This document shows, in pieces, positions 52,985 to 64,000 of a DNA stretch of 64,000 nt. The stretch comes from Octopus vulgaris (taxonomy: Eukaryota). The position numbers and the translations under genes were made by a program. The notes under the pieces were generated by a model, which was given only the letters and a program-made list of their open reading frames with translations, ran no database searches and was not told where the DNA came from. Location: positions 69,068,001 to 69,132,000 of the forward strand of contig OX597832.1 in assembly GCA_951406725.2 (NCBI GenBank), given 5' to 3'. Within the stretch, counting starts at the first letter, position 1. Every line of letters begins with the position of its first letter.

Positions 52985-55430
52985 TATTCATCTCCATTTG
53001 GAAGATATAGAGAAATAATAAGAAACTCCACCATTCCTTTTACATTGCAATTAATTAATTCCCAGGGATATCATAACATTAATCATTTCAAAATACAACC
53101 GCATGTATTGTGAAAGAGATTATCATAATGAAATTAATTCCAAAATACATTATTACACATTCAAAAATATGATATATACAAGATACATTACTATAATTAA
53201 ACCATTTCAAAATTTCATATTCCAATGTACGTTTTACATCCAAATCATTTCAAAATACATAATTAAACATGCCAATGTGCATAATTACAAAAATACATAA
53301 TTAGATATTTTAAAGTTGGTAATTACAAGCCGGTTTCAGTTATAAGAGATTTTCATTGTAATATCTGTGTGTAATGGCATGCTACTAGCCTTCATGAAAT
53401 ATATGATGTTTCTGCCAGATGGAGGCTTGCTAGAGATTCATGAGGTAACAAAGGAAGTAATATATTAGTAGGAAAATTAAGTAGAGTGCTAAATTTTCCT
53501 TCTACAACAATTCAAATATATGGGAAAATTTTTTCATAAATATTGATAAATGAATGTAAAATAGTTATCAGTAATTGGTTAATGATATAAATTTGTTCAT
53601 ATTTTGCAATGATAAAGTTTCTTTATTGATTCTTTGATGTTCTGTTATATTTTCTGTACGTTGATAGAGTGAGAAATGTTTAAAATTTGGTTGCTGTGTT
53701 TCAACATAACTATTTAAATACTGAGTCAAAGTTTCCTTGAGTTTGGATCATGTATTTGTTGTTTGAACTATTATGCACTTTCTAAGTAACATTTCTGTTT
53801 GACCAATTTACTTCTTGCCATGCATACAGCATGTTATGACACAAATTAAGTTTCCAAAAGGAATGAGAAACCATTTTTTATTTAAAAAAACTTACCCATT
53901 CTTGAAGTGTAGCAACCTTTGAATATAATGATGCAAATTACACCATTCAATTTTCCACATTTTTTAACTGTTGGATTTTATGTAATTTTGGCAGCTAATT
54001 GGGGAAAATGCTTAAAACTTTTTCTTGAATGAATATGGCTGCTTTTTACTTTTAATTATTCTTTTGTTTAAGATTATTTTCAGTTAAGAAATGTTTGAAC
54101 AGGGGTAAATTTCGATGAATTACATTGAAAGCCTCAATGTTCTGAAGGATGTTGATTGAAATGTCCAGTAAGGCACTTATTTCTGTTTTGATTTTTACAG
54201 TTCTTAAATCACTGATATCAGTCATGTCTGCTCTTTTGGTTGCATTATTAATCATGGTACACAATGCCTTTCACTCAGAATATCTTTTTGTTCTTAAGTC
54301 TTTTTTCTTTTTAGATATCTTAGATTTTATACAGTAGTATGTATTTGTTTAGCAAGATTGTATAGCATATTAAATCAGGTTTTGGATGACATGAAGTAAA
54401 ACGTACATGTTTTGTGTTTGTTGGTTTATAATATCTTAATCCTGTTTTTATCTCAAAAGTCTAATTAACCCTTGTTGTGTGTATTATACTGTGTGTTGTT
54501 CTTAATTCAATTTATGAGAGTTTTAATTTCCTGGAATTTATCCAAACCTTCTTTCCATTGGATAAAGCAAATGTTTAAATATCTCTTCCAATTGTTTCAA
54601 GTAATTATGGAAAGCTATATTTTGCTGAAGTCTTTCATATATTTTTGTCCCAAGTTATCCCATTACTACATTTGCATATGTTGAAGCTCTTTTGGCCCCC
54701 ATTGCCATACCTAATTTTGTCTATATGCTATTTGGTTGAAATTAAAATATATTTTGTGAAATAAATTGAAAAGCTTCAATAAGTTCTTTTTATGCATCCT
54801 GGTAATTCATGAGAACATTTGAGCTGAAAGTTTATTGCTTCTATTCCATATTCTTGCAGTATATTTCAATATAAGTTAACCACATCCAAAGAAACTATTT
54901 AAATTTCTTCAAATTATTGTACATAGAAGGTGGTTTAAGTCAGCTCTTATATAACCCTCTTATATGCTTGAAATATGGTTTTTATGTCTAAGAAACTGCA
55001 TAGTCAATGAGCTTCAAAAGAAGGATCTGCCATTATTGTTTGTAATTTTAAATCATTTGGTCAAAGAATATTCACACAAGAAAATGTGGATATTTTACAA
55101 GCAGCATTTTTAACATTCTTTTCATAAAAATTGTTTGTTTTACGTTTCAAATTAGGTGAGTAGTTATATTCTATACAGTTCAGCTTTTATTTTTAAATAA
55201 CTAAGGACATTATGATTTTGTAGTATTTTCTGCTAAATATGATCAGTTTTGTTTTTTAAGTAAATTCTGAGTGTTTAATAATGTAATCTGGAAATGATTT
55301 GATTGTCAGAATATATATTAGATATGATATTATATTTTGAAATATGTAAAAGTGTATTTTGAAACGATTTGATTATAATGATATATAATAATTAGGAATT
55401 AATTAGCTGCAGTGAAAACGGAATAATGCA
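52985..55430 (-). mobile_element. Decayed Penelope-like retroelement (RT + GIY-YIG) with inverted pseudo-LTR ends
   Basis: Minus-strand motifs GMAMG (54697-54711), WKRYLNICFIQW (YLDD equivalent, 54555-54590), YYKPTNTKHVRFTSCHP (54383-54433) and NLICVITCCMHGKK*IGQTEMLLRK (GIY-YIG, about 53778-53852). About 53030-53110 and 55340-55425 are diverged inverted copies. A hammerhead-like relic lies at 53322-53362. Confidence 0.85.
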
Positions 55431-55473
55431 TGGGCAGTATCCAACAATGGCCACTGACTAATGACTGAAATGA

Positions 55474-55537
<64 letters not shown>

Positions 55538-56548
55538 TAGGTTGAAAAGGAACACACAAGTTGATATATATGGAAAAAAAATTCAAAGAAAATGCTAAAA
55601 TAATTTTTAAAACAACATTTCGGTAGCGGTTTCAGTCATTGAGACTTTTCAACTGTGAATATGGAAAACAAATTTTGGAAAAATTAAAAGAAAAGTTTTT
55701 TAAAAGAATATTTGCATAGTATTCAAATACAAGAGGCGTTTTCCTTGTTTCTGCCTGTCTCTGTCTCTCTTCAGACAAAACAAGAGAGACAGAGACAAGC
55801 AGATGAACACTAAACAATGGTGATGATGACATATATCTATATACACACACACACACACACACACATTTATATAATCAAACATGTACACATATATATACAC
55901 ACACACACACATACACATAGCTCGAGATTCTTAAACATGTCTGTCTTCTAAATCTCCTCAAAATTTTGATCAGCCTCAAGTCACTAATAACTGGCATCAC
56001 ACAATGACCGAACACAAAACCACTTGGTTGGGAAACAAGCGTCTCAACCACACAGCCATGCATGCAGCTTCAGTTAACCTAATGTGAATAGTATAAGACA
56101 CAATATAAAGGAACTTTTACAATGTTGTTGTGTCACTTCATCTCAGGTAATGTTTGTATTCTCTGTTGTTGATTCTTTGTCTTAAGCTGCAGACTTTATC
56201 CATGTCGTGCTCTGTAGTCAAGAACATCTTGAATGCTCTCTTAAGCAGAGACTTCACCATTGACATTTTATTTTCCTGTTTATACCACCCATCCCCATTG
56301 CATTTGCTGCCATTTGACAGGCACTCAACAGTAAAAAGATATGATGTTGGGTTTCCTGTTTCTAAAACTTAAATGATATTGTCATAACTATCAAATCAGG
56401 CCCAAACTAATTGCTTAATACAGAAAATAAGACTGTGAACAGCAACAAACATTACTGGACTTGCTGATTTTGTGGTTCCAATTAACAATGAAATTCAATA
56501 TGTAAATAATAAGAAACTGGAACAGTGTTGTGGTTTTACAAGTTTCAT

Positions 56549-56597
<49 letters not shown>

Positions 56598-57229
56598 ACA
56601 TACATACATGCACATATATACATACACATATACACACACACATGTGCGTATATATACATACACATGTACACCTACATACATATATATATATATATACATA
56701 CATATATACACATACACATATGTGTGTATATATACATACACATATACATCTACTAATATATAGATATATATACATATATTTATGCATACACACACACACA
56801 AGCACAGGCACACACATACACACACATACACACACATACACACACACACACACACATTGCAACAGACTGGTGTCCCATCCAAGTGAGGAATTTATATGCC
56901 TTGAAATCAGGAAACCAGCCCTCATTAGTCAATATGACTTAAGAAGATAACTTTCAAATTTTGGGGGATGGCTGTTGACCCCTGAGTTACTCTGCCTTTG
57001 ACAAGTTTTTGTTTTTCTTCATCCTGCAGGGTGTCCAAAAATGATCCTAACCCTCACCAAGCAAGCTTTGTGGCGTTGCCAGTTTAGTCACCTATAACTT
57101 GACCATGTGACAGATTGTACAGGGTTACACATTACCTGTAGTACTCATGAGTGACCTGGCATTAGTAAACATTGTTATGGTTATTACCCCCTCTCCCAAA
57201 TTTCAGGCCATCTGCCTTTAGTAGAAAGG

Positions 57230-57270
<41 letters not shown>

Positions 57271-57539
57271 CATTATTATTATTGTTGTGGTTGTTGTTGT
57301 TGTTGTTGTTAAGATGATGAGCAAGCAGAATCATTAGCATACTGGACGAAATGCTTAGTGGTATTTCACCCGTCACTACATTCTTCAAATTCTGCTGCAG
57401 TTAACGTTACCTTTCATCTTTTTGGGGTCGATAAATTAAGTGCCAGTTGTGTACTGGGGTTGATGTAATCGACTGGCCCCCTCCAGCAAAATTTCGGGCG
57501 TTGTGCCTATAGTAGAAGGGATTATTATTATTATTATTT

Positions 57540-57965
57540 TCATTATCATTTTCTTTCAATTGTTTCCATTTCTTGCCGAGTGTCTTCCTAACACCTAGGG
57601 CAGACAAACGCACTGTATACATTGGTATCCACCAAATTGTTCATTTACAAAGTCATGTGACAGAGAAAAAGGGGAAGAAAGACAGAGAGAAAAAGGAAAA
57701 CAGAAAAATAAAAAAGTAAACAAAGAAATTAAAGGGGAAAATAGGAAAGTAAATTCACAGCGACAATTCTCTTCTCAATATGTGTAACCAGTTACCAGTT
57801 AAGACTATCTTTTGCACTTCCTGCATGGATGGTAAGCCAGGGATCATTCTTAAATAATTTTCAGTTTTATTTTTTATCATTTTAAGTGCTCCTACAATCA
57901 CTGATATTGTAACCATCTTGAGACGCCACATCTTTTCAATTTTGATTAGCAAATCTTTATATTTT
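57540..57965 (-). mobile_element. R4/Dong-clade non-LTR retrotransposon 3' end
   Basis: KYKDLLIKIEKMWRLKMVTISVIVGALKMI...MQEVQKIVLTG..HILRREL matches the restriction-like-endonuclease C-terminus of R4/Dong elements. It is flanked by (TAA)n on both sides. Confidence 0.8.
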
Positions 57966-58189
57966 CTTCTTCTTATTATTATTATTATTTCCAACATGCA
58001 CAACAAATCAGACAGTTGGAAAAAATTCTTAGCATTGGGCTACCAGTAAACTTATTATTGAAGACGTTGCACAGTATTCAATATTATGACGTTGAAGATT
58101 GAAGATATTGTGTGTACCAGGGGTTTGTATTGTCTGTCAAGTCAAAACAAGGACCTCAGACAGAGAGTACTTTGCGCAATATGCGTGCA

Positions 58190-58772
58190 GTTCCAAGTAA
58201 TGTTGATTTTTGCACTGACATTGCACATCCAGCAGATCATACTAACTTCATTTCTTTCAAGCTTACACATGTCTTCAGCAGTCACAGCCTACATTTCACT
58301 GCCATGTAGCATGGCAGTTCAAACACATGCATCGTACAATCTACTTTTCACTCTGAGCGAGATGCCTTTTGTTACCAGTAGAGGTAGGAGCTTTCTGAAT
58401 TTTGCCCAGGCTATTCTTACTCTAGTGGCAGTGCTCTCTGAGCATCCACCCCCACTGCAGACTTGGTCACTGGGAAGACAACTTTCATGTGCGGCAGATG
58501 CACTACAGATGTTCAGAAAACTGATTCCATCACATGTCAGGGGGAGAAACTAGAAGTAGTTGATAGCCTCTGCTACCTAGGTGACTTGGTCACCTAGGTA
58601 TCAGTTTTCTGAGCATCTTCGATGTTTATTGTCCCTGTGCATCTGCCGCACACAAAAGCTATCTTCCCAGTTAACCTTCCTTTGATGTTGCTGTACCTCT
58701 TATCCATCCATAGCTTACACTGGGTACATCTTATGGAGTTTCTACCTACATCTTTTCTACAGATTGAGCAAA
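58190..58772 (-). mobile_element. RTE-clade LINE fragment with a Cys-rich finger and an internal inverted duplication
   Basis: CSICRKDVGRNSIRCTQCKLWMDKRYSNIKGRLTGKIAFVCGRC...YLGDQV...GGCSESTATRVRIAWAKFRKLLPLLVTKGISLRVKSRLYDACV*TAMLHGSEM*AVTAEDMCKLERNEVSMICW. Confidence 0.88.
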
Positions 58773-58879
58773 AGATTTAATTCTGATTTACTTCATTGAT
58801 TTAATTCTGTTTGTGTCACCAATATTGTGATTCTGTGAATCTAAAGACCCTTGAGAAATACTAAGAAGATGGCGACATT

Positions 58880-59036
58880 GGGGGAGGAGGAGAGAGAGGA
58901 AGGAGGAGATGGAGGAAGAGGAGGAGGAGGAGATAGAGGAAGAGGAGGAGAGAGGAGGAGGAGGAGATAGAGGAGGAGGAGAGAGGAGGAGGAGATAGAG
59001 GAAGAGGAGATAGAGGAGGAGAGAAAGGAGGAGGAA
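58880..59036. repeat. Polypurine (GGA/GAGA) low-complexity tract
   Basis: Directly visible. Confidence 0.95.
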
Positions 59037-59491
59037 AATTCTATAACAAAAGATTGAGAATTAAAGAAAGAATGAATGAATGAAACAAGGGAACAACGTT
59101 AATAAGAGAGAAAGAGGAAAAAGAGAGAAAAGAGAAAACAAAAGAAACGAAGAAATGAATGTGGGAAATAATTTCACTCTCAAACAAATAAGCAACTACA
59201 CACACACACACACATTTCCCTAAAGCAAACATTTGTTATAAATGTGATGAGGGTGGTGGTGGTGGTTGTGGCGGTGGTAGTGGCTGTAGTGATGTTGATG
59301 GTGGTGGTGATGTGGATGGTGATTAGATGACCAAGAAAACGGAAAAGGAGGAGTGAAGAGAGGGGGGATGTATACAGTGATACCAGAAATAGCAATATTA
59401 CACAAATGAAGCTGACGGGAAGAAAGAGAAAAATTTAATCGTACACTTAATATGGGAGTGGAAATTTTGTGTGTGTGTTATGCTTTTCTTT

Positions 59492-59522
<31 letters not shown>

Positions 59523-61457
59523 ATGTCATTGGATGTTTGAATTTGAACCTGTTGACAAATTGTAAACTTCTGGAAAATAACATTTTGCAAATGCTCTCAG
59601 TAAGAATGTTAAAATATCTGTTTGTGAGTGTGCAAATGTGTGTGTGTGTGTGTATATATATATATGCTTGCATGCGTATTATTTATGTATGTCTATGTAA
59701 GTACTCATATGCCTGTGTGTGTAGGAACAAATGAGGATATGAAGAAGAATTAGAGAAGGAGCGAGTGATAGAATTAGAGAGAGAGAGAGTGAATGAGTTA
59801 ATGAATGTGTGTGAGTGTGTGTGCATGTGTGTGCGTGTGTGAAAGAGAAAGAAGAGATTAAGACAATGAGGAGGCAAACAAGTGTAGAAAGAGAAAAGAT
59901 GAAAAACAAAGGAAAGAGAAGTGAAAACAAAAACAGGAAAATAAATTGAATAAAGAATGAGAAAAATATTGCATTCAATATATTTTGGAATAAAACTCAA
60001 CAGGTGATTGACAGAGAGAGAAAGAGAGGCAGACAAAAGAAGGGTGAGAGAGAGAGAGAGAGATGGTAAGTCAGTGAAACAATGGGTAAAGTGAAAAAAA
60101 TGAGACCTCTCTGCAATGTGACAAAGCAATTCAAAGTTTTGCAGATAATTGCAGCGACACAAAAGTTTGGCAGACATTTTAAGTTTTATGATTGCATGGT
60201 TCGAGTTTTTATTTCACTTTTTAAATCTGTCTTCTACTGCTAATGTAACCATTGTCTTTGTACATTAAGTCGGTGCCATATATACTATGACACTCTATAA
60301 TACATACAATATAGCACCATGTACATATATATGTGTGTATATATATATGTATGTATATATATATGTGTGTGTGTATGTGTGTGTATGTGTGTATGTGTGT
60401 ATGTGTGTGTGTGTGTATGTGTATGTGTTTGCATGTGTGTGTGTATAAATAATGTATATAAATGTACATTTATATATATGAAGGTATATATATGTATATA
60501 TATATATATATCATCCATCTATATTATATCATCCATCTATATTATCCAAGCATTTCATTCTTGGTTTACTCCTTGGTATCTCTGCCAGGTGACAGGACTT
60601 TAAGAAACTATCTTGCTGCTCTTTCTGGCAACATTCCAACCATTGCCCACGTCACTGATATTGTCATCTCTCAATGTGGAAAAATAGCAGTTTGACTTGG
60701 AGAGACACCCTGATCTTTGAGCTATCCACCCTATTGAGTAACATTACTCCAGACATCCATCTGAGAAACTCCATTTCAGCTGCTAGTACTCACAACTTTA
60801 CTCTTTCAGTCATTCAACAACTTCCAAGGCCCTAAGTGAGGAGAATTTGAAGACAACAAGTTTGGCTTTCTTTTATCAACTTTTCTGCTTCTGGTGCACT
60901 ACTGTGCCAGCTCCTCTGTGTGCGTTTTTGTGTTTGTCCCTCACTACCATTTGTCACAGGTGTTGGTTTGTTTACATCCCTGTTACCTAGTTGTAACCAA
61001 CAGAATAAGAAGCAGACTTAAAAATAAGAACTGGGATGAATTTGGCCGACAGACACCTTCAAGGCAGTGCCCCAGCATGGCTGCAGTCCAATAACTAGAA
61101 GAAGTAAAAGAGATAAAACACACACTGTCTTTGAGCCATTCCTGTTTACCAATTTTAACTGAAGAAGACATTTTCCCAAGATGTCATTTAGTGAGTTCAA
61201 GTCCAAAATCATGGCTGCAAAGCAAATTTGTATAAGTGCCACAGCCCTACCATATCTATTACAAAACACAACCACTAAGATATCAAACTGAAAATACTGA
61301 AAAGACACAAAAAAACATTTTCACTAATCTAAATAACAATACAAGAGTGTAAAACTTCAGACTTACTTTTGATGTTTGTTTAGACTTATCTCAGATTATC
61401 CCTCACCTTTTATTAACTCTTATTAACCATTATCTATTATTGTTCCTAATCTTGTCT

Positions 61458-61597
61458 GATTCTCCCTTCTCTCTGACTGGCCCTCAATTCTCCCTTCTCT
61501 CTGATTGACCCTCATTTTCCCTTCTCTCTGATTGACTCTTATTCTCCATTCTCTCTGATTGACCATCAATCTCCCTTCTCTCTGATTGACCCTCATT
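61458..61597. repeat. 27-bp minisatellite, ~5 copies
   Basis: The unit attctcccttctctctgattgaccctc repeats with few substitutions. Confidence 0.92.
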
Positions 61598-62701
61598 ATC
61601 TCTGGAACTAACATTCCTAACATATTTCCAGTCATAATGTATCTAGGACCATATCCATTTTTTTTTTTCTTTTTGTTTAAACTTTTCAATACAAACCCGC
61701 CAAAACTTACCTGGGGCTGAATATGATATAAACTTCCTCATTTAATGTAATTTAAATTAAAACCTTCCATGAAAACTTCATATTTATTGAAGTCCTAAAT
61801 GGAAGACAATGTATTTTAAGAGAAATAGAACAGAGAGTGGGTTAATGGTAAGATATTCTATAAGAAGGTTATCTCCTTAGATCCCATCATTCAGTGGTTT
61901 GCAGGCCAGATCTAAACTCATTTGATGTGTCAGCAGGGGTAATTGAAAAGCTTCTATCTTCCTGCAGTAAATATGCCCTGCAGTGAGAAGGGATTTCAAT
62001 TGACAAAAATAAAGGTGATGACGCCCCTCCAACGCCATTGTCCTCTTTGAAGGAAAGAACAGCTTCAAAATGTGCATGTGCTGCACCTTCCTATCTCACA
62101 ATAAATACATTGTAAATATTGGAAGCAAAATTCTGAAATATTTTTACAAATTAATTCATATTTTATCTAAAAAAAAAAACCTTTCCTGAACACACACGCA
62201 CAAATGCACACATATATGTATGAAAGTGTGCACACATGTGTGTGAGTTACATACATCACATAAATTGCAAGATAAGAATATTTAACTATCAAAAAAAAAC
62301 AAGCAAATTAAAATTTTGAATCTTGAGAATTCTGGTTCAAATATTTTTTTCCTTTCCCTTCTGCACCCTCCCCACGACACACACACACAACCAGTCACAA
62401 TACAATCTACATTTCAATAAATATTCCTTTCAAAAATATATTCTTCAAATTATCAGAAGTATATTATTATTTTATTGATATTACTCTCATTATTCATGAC
62501 AATAGCAAGAATACTAAAGTGTTGAGAAATTCAAACACATGCATAGTTTTACACACACACACACACACATATACATAGATACACACACATGCACACATAC
62601 ATAGATATATGTTCATATAGATATACATACACACATACATTACATTCATATGTTGTATACAAACACACACACACATATATATACATATGCACACACACAA
62701 C

Positions 62702-62744
<43 letters not shown>

Positions 62745-63096
62745 ACACACATATTCATTTAAATCAACAACATACTGAAAGTATTATTGTCTGTTGTCAG
62801 ACTGCTTGAGGAAAATGTCTTGCAATCCTACCATTCTAGAAGAGAACTACAGCAAATTGCCCCCCACACACACACATAAGCATGAACATACATAAATACA
62901 CACATAAGTATGAACACACATACACGCACACACACACACACACATGCAGCCAGCTAAGAAATAAAAATAAAAAATTATAGTAAACATGACAAAAATAAAG
63001 TATAGCAACAACAAAAATATTAAGAATAATAACAATGAGGAATATAAATCTGTCCTTTTGCATTATAAGATTGTAATCACCCATTCACACACACAC

Positions 63097-63173
<77 letters not shown>

Positions 63174-63586
63174 GAAGCATGTGTACAGAGGCATTCGTAT
63201 GTGTGTGCACCATTGAATGCCCATATGTATACACACATACACATATGTATGTATGGATTTTTATACATACATACACTACTGATAAATAAAGAAATATATA
63301 TATATATATATGTATGTATGTATATATGTAAATACATACAATACTGATAGCTGTAGCAGAAATAATAATTCAAATATTAAGGCTAAACTAATGTTTAGCT
63401 GCTGAAAATTTCTGATACGTTTGTGGATAGCATTTAATTCTCAGATATTTTAGCCATCTTAAATTGGTACCACTTTCTTGCTTTCTTGTGTTTCCCACAA
63501 ATTGATCATGCTGAACAATAATATTTCAATACGACCAGTCCCTATTCGAAATTCATGTCCCCTATTCTGTCCCTTGGGCAGAACTC

Positions 63587-63635
<49 letters not shown>

Positions 63636-64000
63636 AAATAAGCAACAGGATATCACGTAGTAATGCAGTATGACCATTTCAAGTGGCCCCATTTAATTGA
63701 ATAATTCAATTATTACATCAATTTAAATGCACAAATAAATAAATGGAATTGTAACAAGTAGGACACATTAATATGATTTTTCTTAAATATTTTGACAGAC
63801 CAAGAAGATGGAAAAAAGTGAGTTGACAGATCATGGTTAGGTATGGTCATGAATATTGTCATATGTATCTCTTTTCCCTAGGGAGGAAATAAGACATTAG
63901 GAGTCAGTTGGTTATAAGTAACTGTCTATAAAAAGAGGCAGGGTAGGGGTAGACTTTAAATCATTATATTAATTACCAGTTAAAGGGGCAAGATGCTAAG

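Noticed and set aside
60578-60695. Plus-strand terminal-exon-like segment (GDRTLRNYLAALSGNIPTIAHVTDIVISQCGKIAV*)
   Set aside because: It is short, has no recognisable homology and no upstream partner exon, and is consistent with chance.
61423-61689. ORF with RVNQREGR repeats
   Set aside because: It is a by-product of a 27-bp minisatellite, with no splice or homology support.
63471-63566. 96-nt open minus-strand segment (NRGHEFRIG...ESKKV) bounded by AG/GT
   Set aside because: The acceptor is purine-rich, the donor is weak and there is no CCDC39 similarity.
22-63660. The many [16 protein letters not shown] ORFs
   Set aside because: They are translations of dinucleotide and tetranucleotide repeats that lack stop codons.

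Overview
AT-rich, microsatellite- and transposon-dense animal genomic DNA, most likely an octopus. This is inferred from the SINE, RTE and Penelope repertoire and is not proven. The only host gene I can support is CCDC39 on the minus strand, seen as two phase-0 coding exons (26573-26701, 129 nt; 10777-10968, 192 nt) separated by a 15.6 kb intron. I found no neighbouring exons, so the whole window is probably intronic CCDC39 sequence. The introns hold several tRNA-derived SINE families, fragments of RTE, CR1, Tx1/L1 and R4/Dong LINEs, two decayed Penelope-like elements, short elements carrying hammerhead-ribozyme motifs, a decayed mariner, a Tc1/maT deletion derivative, piggyBac-type MITEs and a ~1 kb LTR-like insert. 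There are also two convergent composite Helitrons that appear to have captured pieces of other transposons. Almost all ORFs in the supplied track are microsatellite or repeat artefacts. I found no convincing new multi-gene system. The best leads are the composite Helitrons, the hammerhead-bearing family, a candidate recursive splice site and some template-switch-like rearrangements. All family assignments rest on remembered motifs; no database search was run.
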